From contig JAHHIM010000015.1 in the NCBI GenBank assembly GCA_019358915.1, forward strand, positions 34,249 through 98,248: a stretch of DNA of 64,000 bases, given 5' to 3'. A model generated the notes under the pieces. That model made no database searches. It had not been told where the DNA came from and worked only from the letters and a program-made list of their open reading frames with translations. Source of the DNA: Trichormus sp. ATA11-4-KO1 (GTDB taxonomy: Bacteria > Cyanobacteriota > Cyanobacteriia > Cyanobacteriales > Nostocaceae). The position numbers and the translations under genes were made by a program. This document shows, in pieces, positions 30,270-42,285 of this stretch. Position 1 is the stretch's first letter. The number at the start of each line of letters is the position of its first letter.

Positions 30270-33020
30270 ATGTCTGCAACTACAGTGGGTGGACGACAGG
30301 CACGTGAGTATCACGCACTACCAGCACAAGAAGCTGCTAAAACGCTCAACAGCGATCCTAGTAAAGGTTTAACCTTAGAAGAAATTAACAAACGCCTGGA
30401 ACAGTTTGGCAAAAATGAACTCAAGGGTAAACCCGGAAAACCAGCTTGGTTAAGATTTTTATGGCAATTTAATCAAGCTCTTCTCTATATTTTGCTCGTC
30501 GCTGGGGCGATTAAAGCGCTGTTGGGTCAATGGACAAATGCAGCAGTCATTTGGGGCGTAACCCTGATTAATGCCATTATCGGCTTTGTTCAGGAATCTA
30601 AGGCAGAAGGTGCGATCGCCGCCTTAGCCCAAGCTGTGACTACCGAAGCAACGGTCATCCGTAACGGGCAAAAATCTCGCATTCCTTCTCAAGAATTAGT
30701 GCCTGGGGATATCGTGCTGCTAACTTCTGGTGACAAGGTTCCTGCTGATTTGCGTCTACTAAATACACGCAACTTACAGGTAGATGAGTCAGCCTTGACT
30801 GGGGAATCTGTACCTGTGGAAAAATCTACTATAACTTTAAGCGCAGATACTCCTTTAGCAGAGCGGGTTAACATGGCTTATGCTGGTAGCTTTGTCACCT
30901 TTGGACAAGGAAGCGGGATTGTTGTATCCACGGCAAATGCTACAGAAATGGGACGTATCTCCCAGTCATTGGAACGGCAGACTAATCTGAGTACACCCCT
31001 AACTCGCAAGTTTGACAAATTTAGTCACCAACTCCTCTACATTATTTTAGGGCTAGCAGCCATGACCTTTGCCGTAGGCTTAGGACAAGGACAGTCCTGG
31101 CCCGCAATGTTTGAAGCGGCTGTGGCCTTGGCAGTGAGTGCAATTCCTGAAGGATTACCGGCGGTAGTCACAGTCACCATGGCCATTGGGGTGGATCGGA
31201 TGGCACGCCGTCACGCCATTATTCGCAAGTTACCCGCCGTGGAAACTTTGGGCGGTGCTACAGTAATTTGTTCTGATAAAACTGGTACTCTGACAGAAAA
31301 CCAGATGACAGTACAGGCAATTTATGCTGGAGGACAGCATTTCACTGTCAGTGGCACGGGTTATAATCCAGAAGGGGAAATCTTATTTGAGCAGCAACCT
31401 GTAGATTTAGCATCAGGCAATTTCCCAACTCTCAAAGCCTGTCTCATGGCTGGGTTGCTTTGTACCGACTCTCATTTAGAACAAAAGAATGGTAATTGGA
31501 TTGTAGTTGGTGATCCTACAGAAGGTGCTTTAATTGCAGTTGCCAATAAAGCAGGTTGGAATCAGTCCCAGATGGCTGAGTTAATTCCCAGAATAGATGG
31601 TATTCCCTTTGAATCTCAGTTTCAGTATATGGCTACGCTACATGATAGCCATGAGTCGCTAGAGCCAGCTGGTGATGGTGCTAAAACTATTTACGTTAAG
31701 GGTTCTGTAGAGGCGATTTTGAGCCGTTGTCAAGAAATGCTCAATGCCGATGGACAGCCAGAACCAATCAACCGTGGATTAATAGAACAGCAAGTAGAAG
31801 CAATGGCTCAACAGGGGTTGCGGGTACTAGCTTTTGCTAAGAAAGTTGTAGCAGATGACCAGAATTCAGTAGATCACGAGGATATTGCTACTGGGCTGCT
31901 CTTCTTAGGATTACAGGGAATGATTGACCCTCCCCGACCAGAAGTCATCGCAGCCGTGCGCGCCTGTAAAACTGCGGGTATTCAAGTAAAAATGATTACA
32001 GGAGATCACATTACCACAGCCAAGGCGATCGCCGAACGTATTGGGTTAGAAAAAGACGGCAAGGTTCAGGCTTTCGAGGGTAGACGACTCACTGAGATGG
32101 ACGACTCAGAATTAATCCAGGCTGTAGAAGCAGGTGTAGTATTTGCCAGAGTTGCTCCCGAACAAAAACTCCGGTTGGTAGAAGCTTTACAGTCTAAAGG
32201 CGAAATTGTCGCCATGACTGGAGACGGGGTAAATGACGCGCCAGCACTCAGACAAGCGGATATTGGTGTAGCCATGGGTGGCGCTGGTACAGATGTCGCT
32301 AGAGAAGCATCTGATATGCTGCTCACCGATGATAACTTTGCCTCCATTGAAGCCGCAGTGGAAGAAGGGCGGACAGTCTATCAAAACTTGCGCAAAGCGA
32401 TCGCCTTTATCCTACCCGTCAACGGTGGTGAATCAATGACAATTTTAATTAGTGCCTTATTCGCCAGAGATTTACCGATTTTATCGCTGCAAGTCCTGTG
32501 GTTGAACATGGTAAACTCAGTCACCATGACCGTACCTTTAGCATTTGAACCCAAATCTGACCGAGTAATGAAACGCCCGCCCCGCAATCCACGGGAGCCA
32601 TTACTTTCCGGTACACTGTTCCAGCGCATTGGTGCAGTTTCCATATTTAACTGGATTCTGATTTTTGGCATGTTTGAATGGGTGCGTCAAGACACAGGAA
32701 ATATCGATCTGGCGCGGACTATGGCAATTCAAGCTTTAGTAGCTGGGCGAATAGTTTACTTATTGAGCATCAGCCAGTTAGGAAATGCGATCTTCCGCAA
32801 ACTCAGAGGTAAAGCAACCAATATTAGCGATGGCCGAGCAATGGCTTTTGGTATACTCTGCACAGTCATCCTGCAAATCATCTTTAGCCAGTGGGGGATC
32901 ATGAATACTTTATTTAGAACAGCACCCCTAAACTTAAATCAATGGCTGATTTGTTTGATTCCCGCATTGCCCATGCTGCCTTTAGCTTTGTTTGTTAATC
33001 GCATCGATCCAGCTGAATAA
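30270..33020 (+). CDS. P-type IIA cation (Ca2+-type) ATPase
   Basis: [26 protein letters not shown]. Confidence 0.93.
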   Translation: MSATTVGGRQAREYHALPAQEAAKTLNSDPSKGLTLEEINKRLEQFGKNELKGKPGKPAWLRFLWQFNQALLYILLVAGAIKALLGQWTNAAVIWGVTLINAIIGFVQESKAEGAIAALAQAVTTEATVIRNGQKSRIPSQELVPGDIVLLTSGDKVPADLRLLNTRNLQVDESALTGESVPVEKSTITLSADTPLAERVNMAYAGSFVTFGQGSGIVVSTANATEMGRISQSLERQTNLSTPLTRKFDKFSHQLLYIILGLAAMTFAVGLGQGQSWPAMFEAAVALAVSAIPEGLPAVVTVTMAIGVDRMARRHAIIRKLPAVETLGGATVICSDKTGTLTENQMTVQAIYAGGQHFTVSGTGYNPEGEILFEQQPVDLASGNFPTLKACLMAGLLCTDSHLEQKNGNWIVVGDPTEGALIAVANKAGWNQSQMAELIPRIDGIPFESQFQYMATLHDSHESLEPAGDGAKTIYVKGSVEAILSRCQEMLNADGQPEPINRGLIEQQVEAMAQQGLRVLAFAKKVVADDQNSVDHEDIATGLLFLGLQGMIDPPRPEVIAAVRACKTAGIQVKMITGDHITTAKAIAERIGLEKDGKVQAFEGRRLTEMDDSELIQAVEAGVVFARVAPEQKLRLVEALQSKGEIVAMTGDGVNDAPALRQADIGVAMGGAGTDVAREASDMLLTDDNFASIEAAVEEGRTVYQNLRKAIAFILPVNGGESMTILISALFARDLPILSLQVLWLNMVNSVTMTVPLAFEPKSDRVMKRPPRNPREPLLSGTLFQRIGAVSIFNWILIFGMFEWVRQDTGNIDLARTMAIQALVAGRIVYLLSISQLGNAIFRKLRGKATNISDGRAMAFGILCTVILQIIFSQWGIMNTLFRTAPLNLNQWLICLIPALPMLPLALFVNRIDPAE

Positions 33021-33077
33021 TAGAAGAGGCTAGAGGTAACTCTTCCCCATTCCCCACTCCCCCACTCCCCACAAGTC

Positions 33078-36000
33078 ATGTTCTGGAAATGGTGCTTCAG
33101 ATTATTAATAGGATTCCTAGGACTTTGGCTGATCCTGGATTTGGTTTCTCGTCTGGGAGCAGAAATTTTCTGGTTTGAGAATGTTGGCTACTTGCAAGTA
33201 TTTCTGCTGCGGATACTGACTAGGGGTGGGATATGGGTAGTGATAGCTGTGGCGACTGCTGCTTATCTGCTAGGAAACCTCTCATTGGCAAAACAGCTAA
33301 GATATCCGCAGTCTTTAAAAATTAAAGAAGTCCAGCGTGAATCAGCAGGACTTAATAGTGAGTTAGAAAACTTTCTCAGTCCTCATTATCCCCAACGCGA
33401 TGAAATTTCCGCACCTAAATCCCGGACTAAACCATTAAGACTACGGTGGTTGTTACCTGTGGCGTTGGTGTTAAGTCTGTTAGTGGGGTTGATGCTGTTT
33501 CACTACGGTCAAATAGCCGTTACTTACTGGCATTCTCCCATTATCAGGTCTATTCCACCAGTTCCCCCCCTATTTCGGCCAGAGAGAATTTGGCAACTGA
33601 TGAGTGTGCAAATTCTCTCTCAAGGTTGGTATATTGGCTTAGTTACAGGAGTAGCGATCGCTATTTTAATGTCTCCGCAAATTTTATTGCAGGCGATCGC
33701 AGTTGGGTTTAGCGTTTTGTTTGCTTGGGTGCTATCTCACAACTGGGCTAGGGTACTGCAATATTTTCGCCCCACTTCCTTCAACGCTTCTGAGCCTTTA
33801 TTTGGTCAAGATATTAGTTTCTACATATTTTCCCTGCCATTTTGGGAACTGTTAGAACTATGGCTGATGGGATTATTTTTGTATGCTCTCATCTCTGTGA
33901 GCCTTAGTTATCTCCTGTCAGCAGATAGTCTCAGTCAAGGAATTTTTCCCGGATTTTCGTCTCAGCAACAGCGTCATTTATATGGCTTGGGTGGCTTATT
34001 TATGCTGGTCGTGGCGCTGAGTTATTGGCTGAGTCGTTATGAGCTAGTTTACTCTGAACGTGGGGTCACTTACGGTGCTAGCTATACTGATGTCACAGCA
34101 GTTTTGCCAGCTTATACCATTTTGTGCGTTTTGGCGTTAGCGGTGGCCTTTTACTTACTCTGGCGGACATTTTCCTGGAAATCGCAGTCTCGATATCGCC
34201 AATTTGTATTTTATGGGTTGGGACTGTATTTAGTCGTAGTTGTCGCGGCTGATTTTCTCTTACCTGCTGTGGTGCAATATTTAGTTGTGCAACCCAACGA
34301 ATTACAACGAGAGCAACCCTACATTCAGCGTACCATCGCTTTGACTCGGCAAGCATTTGATTTAGAAGTCATCGATGCTCAAACCTTTAATCCCACAGGG
34401 GACTTGACCGAAGCAGATATTCAAAGAAACGATTTGACCGTTCGGAATATTCGCCTTTGGGATCAGCAACCACTGTTAGAAACTAACCGCCAACTGCAAC
34501 AAATCAGACTTTACTATCGGTTTCCCGATGCCGATATTGACCGTTACACTCTGTTTACAGAAGTACCCGCAGACAGACCCGCAGCACCAGGAAAATTTCC
34601 AGAACCCGACCAAGAACAGAATCAACCTACAGAACGCCGACAGGTATTAATTGCTGCCAGGGAACTAGACTATACTGCTGTACCCCAACAAGCACAAACC
34701 TGGGTAAATCGTCATTTAATTTATACTCATGGCTACGGTTTTACTATGAGTCCAGTGAACACAGTCGGGCCAGGTGGGCTACCAGAGTACTTTGTCAAAG
34801 ATATTGCCGGCAATGACGAAAGCGCCTTGACGACCTCTAGTGAAGCTATTCGTGACAGTGTTCCCATTGGACAACCCCGGATTTATTACGGTGAAATTAC
34901 TAATACTTATGTGATGACTGGGACAAGAGTCAGAGAGTTAGACTATCCCAGTGGCAGTGATAACGTTTACAATGTCTATGATGGCATCGGTGGTGTTCGT
35001 ATTGGTACGGGCTGGAGAAGATTACTATTTGCCATGTATTTGAAAGATTGGCAGATGTTATTTACACGGGACTTTTTGCCAGATACCAAAGTATTGTTCC
35101 GCCGGAATATCAAGCAACGCATTCACGCGATCGCACCTTTTTTACAATTTGATAGCGACCCTTATCTAGTCGCCGGCGATGCCAATCCAGATAATAGTAA
35201 TGGTGACCCTAATAATGAAAATTATCTTTACTGGATAGTAGATGCTTACACCACAAGCGATCGCTATCCCTATTCAGACACCACCAGCGATAATATTAAC
35301 TACATTCGTAACTCGGTCAAGATAGTAATTGATGCCTACCACGGCACTGTTAACTTTTACGTTGCCGATCCCAGAGATCCAATTATTGCCACTTGGTCAA
35401 AAATATTTCCCCACACCTTTAAACCCCTCAGTGATTTGCCAGCCACCCTCCTCAGTCACATCCGCTATCCTGTGGACTTCTTCAAAATTCAATCTGAGCG
35501 GTTGATGACCTACCACATGACAGATCCCCAAGTTTTTTATAACCGGGAAGACCAATGGCAAATACCCAACGAAATTTATGGCGATGAAGCACGTCCCGTA
35601 GATCCATACTATTTAATTACTAGCCTTCCTACCGTTCCCTTTGAAGAATTTATCCTGTTGTTGCCTTACACACCTAGACAACGGTCTAATTTAATTGCTT
35701 GGTTAGCCGCGCGATCGGATGGGGAAAATTACGGTAGGTTATTGTTGTATGTATTTCCGAAAGAACGCTTGGTTTACGGGCCAGAGCAAATTGAGGCGCG
35801 GATTAACCAAGATCCGGTGATTTCTCAGCAAATTTCTTTGTGGAATCGTCAAGGTTCGCGAGCTGTTCAGGGTAATTTGCTAATCATTCCCATTGAGCAA
35901 TCCTTACTGTACGTCGAGCCAATTTATTTAGAAGCTACCCAAAATAGACTACCAACCCTGGTGCGGGTAATCGTCGCTTTTGAAAACCGCATTGTCATGG

Positions 36001-36101
36001 CGCCAACTCTAGAACAAGCATTGCAGGGAATCTTCCAGCCAGAGGTGACACCCGCTCCAGCAATTATCCGTCCAGTAGAGGAACCAGCACTGCCAGAATA
36101 A
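33078..36101 (+). CDS. UPF0182 family membrane protein
   Basis: [45 protein letters not shown]. Confidence 0.9.
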   Translation: MFWKWCFRLLIGFLGLWLILDLVSRLGAEIFWFENVGYLQVFLLRILTRGGIWVVIAVATAAYLLGNLSLAKQLRYPQSLKIKEVQRESAGLNSELENFLSPHYPQRDEISAPKSRTKPLRLRWLLPVALVLSLLVGLMLFHYGQIAVTYWHSPIIRSIPPVPPLFRPERIWQLMSVQILSQGWYIGLVTGVAIAILMSPQILLQAIAVGFSVLFAWVLSHNWARVLQYFRPTSFNASEPLFGQDISFYIFSLPFWELLELWLMGLFLYALISVSLSYLLSADSLSQGIFPGFSSQQQRHLYGLGGLFMLVVALSYWLSRYELVYSERGVTYGASYTDVTAVLPAYTILCVLALAVAFYLLWRTFSWKSQSRYRQFVFYGLGLYLVVVVAADFLLPAVVQYLVVQPNELQREQPYIQRTIALTRQAFDLEVIDAQTFNPTGDLTEADIQRNDLTVRNIRLWDQQPLLETNRQLQQIRLYYRFPDADIDRYTLFTEVPADRPAAPGKFPEPDQEQNQPTERRQVLIAARELDYTAVPQQAQTWVNRHLIYTHGYGFTMSPVNTVGPGGLPEYFVKDIAGNDESALTTSSEAIRDSVPIGQPRIYYGEITNTYVMTGTRVRELDYPSGSDNVYNVYDGIGGVRIGTGWRRLLFAMYLKDWQMLFTRDFLPDTKVLFRRNIKQRIHAIAPFLQFDSDPYLVAGDANPDNSNGDPNNENYLYWIVDAYTTSDRYPYSDTTSDNINYIRNSVKIVIDAYHGTVNFYVADPRDPIIATWSKIFPHTFKPLSDLPATLLSHIRYPVDFFKIQSERLMTYHMTDPQVFYNREDQWQIPNEIYGDEARPVDPYYLITSLPTVPFEEFILLLPYTPRQRSNLIAWLAARSDGENYGRLLLYVFPKERLVYGPEQIEARINQDPVISQQISLWNRQGSRAVQGNLLIIPIEQSLLYVEPIYLEATQNRLPTLVRVIVAFENRIVMAPTLEQALQGIFQPEVTPAPAIIRPVEEPALPE

Positions 36102-36342
36102 CTTCTGATGAGCAAACTCCTTCGGCCACCTTAACCAGACCAAAGGCGATCGCTAAAAGACATAATATATTATGCTACACAGATAGGTTGCACGCCAGCA
36201 TGGCGTTAGACTGACTAATAGTGATAGAGCCTCCTGATAAATTAAGCAGGAGACTAGATTTTTGTAATTTTATTTGGCAACCTCATCTTTTTACTCGTAA
36301 AATCGAAGACAAAGCAAAACTCAGTAGAATAAATTCCCTAAA

Positions 36343-37293
36343 TTGATGAGTCAGTTAATAAGTCAGGGTGCGAGAGCTATCACTAAATCCCCAATGGTAG
36401 ATCGGATAAACGATATCGCTTGGCAGGCTCACCAAGGTAGCGTTGCTGCGATTATTCAATTATTGAACGAAAAGCTAGCTAACTCTGGGGTGAGAACCAG
36501 AGCAATTTTTGCCGACGGAGTTCTACAACTTTTGTGTGAAGCGGCTAAGGCAGAGCAATTAGAGCAGTCTACTTTAGTAGAACAAATCCAACAAATCCTG
36601 GCTGCCATCACACCCCGTAATATTCGGCGAGTCAATATCAATAGTCGCATTGTTCGGGAACAACAATTGCTGTGGTTGACAGAAATTTATCGCGATCGCG
36701 ATAATCAATTACTTTGGTCACAAGAAATTACATTAGATCAGCCACACATCTTCAAGCAGTTCATGAGAGATTTGACAGCAGATCAATCGGAAGTAGTAAA
36801 AATAAATTTACCTAAGGTGCAATTTTCTCGTCCTTCAGTACTTATTAAAAATTCATCCAAAACAGGAATCATCACAGCAGTTGGTTTATGCTCATTATTG
36901 TTACTTGGTTGGGCTGTTTATGCCCAATTAGGCGATCAACTGAAAAACTTCATGCAACTAGAAGCTTTCAATTCTTTGAATACAGCAAACACTAATGAAA
37001 GCACAAGTAGAATGGCAACTGCACCACATTCTACCAATAATGGTGTTTCCGCTCCTGCTGATGACCCATTTGGCGAAGCAGTACGAATTGCCAACCAAGC
37101 CTCGGCTGGGGGAAAAATAGCTACTACCTCAACTCAGTGGTTAGAATTAGCTGCTCAGTGGCAACGAGCTTCAGATTTAATGAGTATGGTACCATCAGAT
37201 CACAGCCGCTATGAGGAAGCTAAGATTCGCACCCAACTATACAAAAAATATAGTGAGGTGGCACAAAAAGAAGCACAGAAAATTGAATCTTAG
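36343..37293 (+). CDS. Hypothetical cyanobacterial single-pass membrane protein
   Basis: Long ORF with a central TM segment and a helical C-terminus (WQRASDLM). The true start may be the ATG at 36394. Confidence 0.75.
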   Translation: MMSQLISQGARAITKSPMVDRINDIAWQAHQGSVAAIIQLLNEKLANSGVRTRAIFADGVLQLLCEAAKAEQLEQSTLVEQIQQILAAITPRNIRRVNINSRIVREQQLLWLTEIYRDRDNQLLWSQEITLDQPHIFKQFMRDLTADQSEVVKINLPKVQFSRPSVLIKNSSKTGIITAVGLCSLLLLGWAVYAQLGDQLKNFMQLEAFNSLNTANTNESTSRMATAPHSTNNGVSAPADDPFGEAVRIANQASAGGKIATTSTQWLELAAQWQRASDLMSMVPSDHSRYEEAKIRTQLYKKYSEVAQKEAQKIES

Positions 37294-37397
37294 TTTCTGA
37301 CGTGAAATAAATTTTTAGTAGGGCGACAATTACTCATTTTAACTGGCTTAATTGACGCTATTCTCACAGACCTATGTTCTGTAAAATAGAGTGCAGA

Positions 37398-37814
37398 TTA
37401 TTCCCAGACATATTTCTCAGCTACTTTCCAATAGCGCGAGAACCGCTTCAGGTCAATATAGCCGTCGTAGTCAAAAAACGGTGTCACTTCTAACACTTCT
37501 AGTTTTAAAGACTTTTCTATTTCGTCGCAAATATGATCAAATCTGGGACTGGGACTTGCCACTGTCACAACTAAATCGGCATGATGCTCTTGGGCAAATG
37601 CTAAAATTTCTTGGGCTATATTACCACGGCGAATGACTACGGGTAATTCTAATAAGCATTCATAGATAAATGTGATGCGTTTGAGACTCAGTTGCCATTC
37701 TTCAATTAACGCCTCATCCCACACCCAGATTGCTGGGGCATCGGGGTATGCTTGTAATGCCGGGTGGTCTGGACTTAGGCAATCTCCATGTACCCAAACT
37801 ATTGGTTGACTCAT
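37398..37814 (-). CDS. Stand-alone photolyase alpha/beta (antenna-type) domain protein
   Basis: IVWVHGDCLSPDHPAL, AIWVWD and KRITFIYECLLEL resemble photolyase N-terminal domain motifs; ATGA overlap with the FAD-domain gene. Confidence 0.65.
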   Translation of the reverse strand: MSQPIVWVHGDCLSPDHPALQAYPDAPAIWVWDEALIEEWQLSLKRITFIYECLLELPVVIRRGNIAQEILAFAQEHHADLVVTVASPSPRFDHICDEIEKSLKLEVLEVTPFFDYDGYIDLKRFSRYWKVAEKYVWE

Positions 37815-38653
37815 TTTTTACCTTTTTTGCCTTGCTGCCAACTTTGACTATTGGGTTTTTTACTAAATTCACCCTGGGGAAAAAGTCGCTGTTCTAACTC
37901 TTCATAACTGCCTTCAAAGTCACAATGACCATAAAGGGGACATTTTTGGCAATAAACACCTTTGGTGTAGCGTTCTAAGTTTTCACGGTTGAAAAAATAG
38001 GGTTTATGGCTAAAAGTGCTGGCAACCCACTGCCATGACATATTATTACTAGCAGGGTCACCATCGAGCAAGTGTTCGAGAAACCACTTTGCCCCGGCTT
38101 GCCAACGAATATGCCGCCAATGAACGATGTAAGCTGCTAACCACATGCGAATATGGTTGTGTAAGTAGCCAGTTTCGCGCAATTCACGGCTGAAGCTATC
38201 GATACAAACCATGCCTGTGCTGCCTTGGGTGATGTCTGGTGGTAAATTGGGGGCGTAATCTGTTGGGGTGTATCCAGTTTTATAATTTTCTTGGTCTTGC
38301 CAAATGCGATCGCCTAATTTGACATATAATCTCTGCCAATAGTCACGCCAGCCTAATTCATTAATTAGTTTAGTGGACTCGTCTGGATGTTGTACTTGAT
38401 CAAGCACATAATCCCGAATTTCTCGCAAGCTTAAAACTCCATAACGAATATAAGGTGAAAGTCTGGTAACAGCACCAGTTAACAGGTTACGTGTTTTTGC
38501 GTAAGCTACTGGATTGACTTGTTGTAGTGCTTTCTCAGCAGCTTGTCGTCCCCCAACGATTTCGCTAATATGGTCATCACGTTCTGCTGCTTTGGGGAAT
38601 TGTTCACGCAGGTAGGCTATTAATTCATTACGGTTAGTAAAGTCACGGCGCAT
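37811..38653 (-). CDS. Photolyase/cryptochrome FAD-binding catalytic domain (short)
   Basis: RLSPYIRYG, ELGWRDYW, TGYLHNHIRMW, LLDGDPASNNMSWQWVA; no N-terminal antenna domain. Confidence 0.88.
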   Translation of the reverse strand: MRRDFTNRNELIAYLREQFPKAAERDDHISEIVGGRQAAEKALQQVNPVAYAKTRNLLTGAVTRLSPYIRYGVLSLREIRDYVLDQVQHPDESTKLINELGWRDYWQRLYVKLGDRIWQDQENYKTGYTPTDYAPNLPPDITQGSTGMVCIDSFSRELRETGYLHNHIRMWLAAYIVHWRHIRWQAGAKWFLEHLLDGDPASNNMSWQWVASTFSHKPYFFNRENLERYTKGVYCQKCPLYGHCDFEGSYEELEQRLFPQGEFSKKPNSQSWQQGKKGKK

Positions 38654-38677
38654 GTTTTTAATTCGTAATTCCTAAAA

Positions 38678-40015
38678 CTATTCTTTTTTTGCATGGATAT
38701 AGTCTACAAAATAGAACTGAGGAATTAGCTGGAATTTTAGCCAAGAGTAAGCAGCCATAGTTAATCCTGCTGTAATTACTAAGGGGAGACCAAGCTTGAT
38801 TCTGAGTGCATCAGGAAGTAAAGCAACTCCAGCAACAGTAATTATGCTGTATACCAAAAGTCCCAGATGTAAGCGCTGTATCACCTTCAGTGCATTGCGA
38901 CAACTACTACAATGCTGGGTATGCTGCATATAGCGATCAAGCAATACAGAGCGGTTATCATTAATTTTTGAGTTTTCTGATACACTAATTCCCACTTCTT
39001 TCCACGGTAGCTGACCGAGGCAATGCTGATCAAACCAATTACGAAACTCAATTACCAAACGGTCTGCACTTGTAGGTAGCTTATAGATTGTTTTCCAGCT
39101 TTCAACAGATTGTCTTTGTTGTAGAAACTTTTCTTGCTGATGTAAAACAATCATATCTCCATCCAGCACTAGATTACGGGTTTGGATGTGAGTCCACCAC
39201 CTGGGTGTCAACCGATGGAATCTTTTGGCAAAATTACGGGGAAATTGGGCGACAATTCTGGACTTACCTGGGGACACAGGAATACAGTAAGTTACAAGTC
39301 CCATCTTCTTTTCGTCAGAATTGCCAAAGCTGATGTCATACTCCAAGCGGCAAGGAGGTTCAAAAGTAATTGTAGTTTTGAAGCGTCCAGCCGTAACTAC
39401 TTCAATTAACTTTGATGTTGATTGCACAACCTCCATAGATATAGGTCTAGCATTTTCTCTCTTACCCTGCACCCCGTGATGAGTAAAGGGTACGTGACTA
39501 GGATCTGCTACATTTTCAATTAAAGTTTGCCAGTCGTATTCCAAATCGCGGACATAAGAAGACCAAACAAATCCTTTACTAGCATCTACTTGAGGAGACA
39601 GTGGTAACGGCGTATTAGCTGCTTCTGGCGCTGATTTAGCATCAGGCCAAACCCAAAGTAAGTCATTTACTTGGCGAACAGGTAGTGAAATTACACAGAA
39701 TTTTTGTTGATTTTTGGTAACAATTGCTGGATTCTCTGCTTGGGGAATGTGAGTACAAATGCCTTGAGAATTAAATTGCCAGCCATGATAACTGCACATT
39801 AAATTGCCAGTTTTTTCGTCAACACGTCCTTCACTCAAAGGCGCGAGGCGGTGGGGACATTGATCTAAAAATACCTGATAAATCTCAGATATTTTAGGTT
39901 TCCAAATGACTAAACGTATTCCTAAAAGAGTGACTGATGTTGGTCGGGTGGGATCAATATCCTCAATGGGTGAGAGAGGATACCAGTTTTGGAAAAAGTT
40001 GAATTCAGATGGCAT
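38678..40015 (-). CDS. Rieske 2Fe-2S oxygenase, pheophorbide a oxygenase (PaO) family
   Basis: CPHRLAPLSEG...CSYHGW, ENVADPSHVPFTHH, HTQHCSSC, C-terminal TM segments. Confidence 0.9.
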   Translation of the reverse strand: MPSEFNFFQNWYPLSPIEDIDPTRPTSVTLLGIRLVIWKPKISEIYQVFLDQCPHRLAPLSEGRVDEKTGNLMCSYHGWQFNSQGICTHIPQAENPAIVTKNQQKFCVISLPVRQVNDLLWVWPDAKSAPEAANTPLPLSPQVDASKGFVWSSYVRDLEYDWQTLIENVADPSHVPFTHHGVQGKRENARPISMEVVQSTSKLIEVVTAGRFKTTITFEPPCRLEYDISFGNSDEKKMGLVTYCIPVSPGKSRIVAQFPRNFAKRFHRLTPRWWTHIQTRNLVLDGDMIVLHQQEKFLQQRQSVESWKTIYKLPTSADRLVIEFRNWFDQHCLGQLPWKEVGISVSENSKINDNRSVLLDRYMQHTQHCSSCRNALKVIQRLHLGLLVYSIITVAGVALLPDALRIKLGLPLVITAGLTMAAYSWLKFQLIPQFYFVDYIHAKKE

Positions 40016-40108
40016 TTTTTAGATTAGTGTTGCTGAGTGAAAATTTGCATTTAGATCACGCAGAGAGTTAGAAAACTAAAATTATTTAATATTAAAATAC
40101 TGATTTAA

Positions 40109-40504
40109 TTATTTGAAAATTAATTCAAATGTGGTGCCTTGCAGTTTTGGATAGGGATAGGTTTGAATATAATTTGTGATGATTGTTTGAAAAGCTTCTG
40201 CATAAGTTAATGCTGCTGCTAATTGTTCCCAGCTTGGAGTCCGAGGAAATTTAATTCCTCTTTCTTTAGCTACTTTGCGACAAGCGTTATATGAACCATA
40301 TAGTTGGAGTAGTTGAGCTTTATCGATTATTTTGAGTGTAGAAGGTAAGGCAGCAATAGGCTGTTCTTTTACCTGTAAGTTTTGCTGTTGCAGTTCATTT
40401 ACAGCAACTTGGGCAACTGTATAGATGGCTGCGGCATTTTGTAATTCATGCTGTTGATTTTCTTTGATATTTTCTAGGAGTTGAGTAATTCGTTTTTTGC
40501 CCAT
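40109..40504 (-). CDS. Hypothetical protein (131 aa)
   Basis: Starts 5 bp after the upstream ORF; no family recognised. Confidence 0.7.
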   Translation of the reverse strand: MGKKRITQLLENIKENQQHELQNAAAIYTVAQVAVNELQQQNLQVKEQPIAALPSTLKIIDKAQLLQLYGSYNACRKVAKERGIKFPRTPSWEQLAAALTYAEAFQTIITNYIQTYPYPKLQGTTFELIFK

Positions 40505-40509
40505 GAATT

Positions 40510-41121
40510 TTATTTGTCTAAAAGTGAGCGTCCTATTGAGGCCTGGTCTGTATGCATTTGTGGATTTTCTGTGCGATCTTCATCGTCTGTAACTTCATCA
40601 GGCAAAGAAATTGAGGATATTGTTGTTGCTTTTAATGTTTTTGTTTCTATACTTTTATCTTCACGCCACCAAAGTACAATTGCTTTAATTGCTTGGAGAA
40701 ATTTAAAGAATCTACCAGGAACAGATACATATCCCCAATAAGCTTTTTCTGGATTATCTACATCTGCCACTGAATCAAATGCTGTTGAAAGTGTATCTAA
40801 ATATCCAGCCATTGAGCTAATTTCACGTTCTAGGTCTGTGACAATCTGCCGATTACTAGAAGCAAGTTGTTCTTTTTCTAGTTTAAGTTGACTAAGCATT
40901 GTTTGTAGACGTTCTACATCTGTTTTTAACCGCAGTTTGTGTTCTTCATTTCTGCGGACTAGTTGTGAACGGCTACGATTAGTGAAAATTAGACAATCTC
41001 GCATTTCTTGGTATAATTCATCAGCCTCAGCCGCTTTTAAATTGGCGATTGTCTTGGGAAATTCTGTAGCGGAGCGAAAACGATCAGTCGAGTGATTTTG
41101 TCCAGTCATGGCGTTATGCAA
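40510..41121 (-). CDS. Hypothetical coiled-coil protein (203 aa)
   Basis: Heptad-like central region and acidic tail; no family recognised. Confidence 0.7.
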   Translation of the reverse strand: MHNAMTGQNHSTDRFRSATEFPKTIANLKAAEADELYQEMRDCLIFTNRSRSQLVRRNEEHKLRLKTDVERLQTMLSQLKLEKEQLASSNRQIVTDLEREISSMAGYLDTLSTAFDSVADVDNPEKAYWGYVSVPGRFFKFLQAIKAIVLWWREDKSIETKTLKATTISSISLPDEVTDDEDRTENPQMHTDQASIGRSLLDK

Positions 41122-41549
41122 TTAATTATAGTGTGGTGTCATAACGAATTTAACTTTTACCTATTTGTGGTAAAAGGTATTGACAAGATGTAAAAATTTT
41201 AACTTAATAATTCAGTACTAAATATATATAAGTATATCAGTTGACTTAAGTAGTCTGGCAAAATAAATCTATGTGGTGGTGTTTTCTACACTTCGATAGA
41301 CGATCGCCTGGCTATTTTTTTCTCAATCACTCTACAAATTCTGCATGTTCCAGTGACTTAAAACCTGCTTGTAGCCATCTGATTATGCAATAGTGCCTCT
41401 ACTGCTAGCCCCAGCCCAGAAAAAAGCTGAATTGGATGGTGTTTGTTACTCTCTCACCATTTGCCAATCCTCAAACATGCCGGATAACCTTCACTGTAGT
41501 AAACCTCTAAGTTGTAAAATTTGTAGGCGATCGCCATTTAACACTAATC

Positions 41550-42041
41550 ATGAGCAACATTCCCCAAGCTGGACAAACCGCGCCTGATTTTTCCACCCCT
41601 GACCAAAATAATCATCTCCTCAGCCTCAGTGATTTTAGCGGTCAGTGGATTGTACTGTATTTTTACCCCAAAGATGACACCCCAGGTTGTACCACCGAAG
41701 CTAAAGACTTTAGCGAGTTGTATCCAGACTTCAGCACACTGGGAGCGAAAATTTTAGGCGTAAGCCCAGATTCAGGAAAAGCTCATTGTAAATTTATTGA
41801 CAAACATAATTTATCAATCACCCTGTTAAGTGACCCGGAACATCATCTGATAGAAGCCTATGGTGCTTGGCGCTTAAAAAAATTCATGGGTAAAGAATAT
41901 ATGGGTGTAGCCCGGTCAACTTTTCTCATTTCACCTGATGGGATAATTGCTGACATTTGGCCTAATGTCAAAACCAAAGGTCATGCACAAGCAGTATTAA
42001 CTAAATTACAGGAATTAGCAGCCACGCCTCATGCTGGTTAG
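41550..42041 (+). CDS. bcp: Peroxiredoxin Q / BCP
   Basis: YFYPKDDTPGCTTEA, RSTFLI. Confidence 0.92.
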   Translation: MSNIPQAGQTAPDFSTPDQNNHLLSLSDFSGQWIVLYFYPKDDTPGCTTEAKDFSELYPDFSTLGAKILGVSPDSGKAHCKFIDKHNLSITLLSDPEHHLIEAYGAWRLKKFMGKEYMGVARSTFLISPDGIIADIWPNVKTKGHAQAVLTKLQELAATPHAG

Positions 42042-42053
42042 TTTTCACTTTTT

Positions 42054-42208
42054 TAAGACTTCCGCTCAATTCACCTAATTACGTCATTACGTTTGCGTAG
42101 CATGTCCGGAACGGACAAACGATAGCAACGTAATCGCCTAAAACTCTGGGACTGCTTCCTGACACTACGTTTCGGTCGCAATGACAAATTTTGGTTGCGT
42201 AAGTCCTG
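42054..42208. mobile_element. Degenerate MITE of the (T)AGGACTTACGCA family
   Basis: Right end TGCGTAAGTCCTG (42196-42208); decayed left end TAAGACTTCCGC (42054-42065). Confidence 0.55.
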
Positions 42209-42285
42209 TCTTACTCAGCACTTAAAAAACCTGACAGCGCTATCATCGAAGTAGAGTATGTGACTTTTCTTCAGTTGCAATAAAC

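Noticed and set aside
41231..41244. AGTATATCAGTTGA resembling the recA LexA box upstream of the photolyase-containing run
   Set aside because: The right half-site deviates from GTWC and the left already has a mismatch; too weak without binding data.
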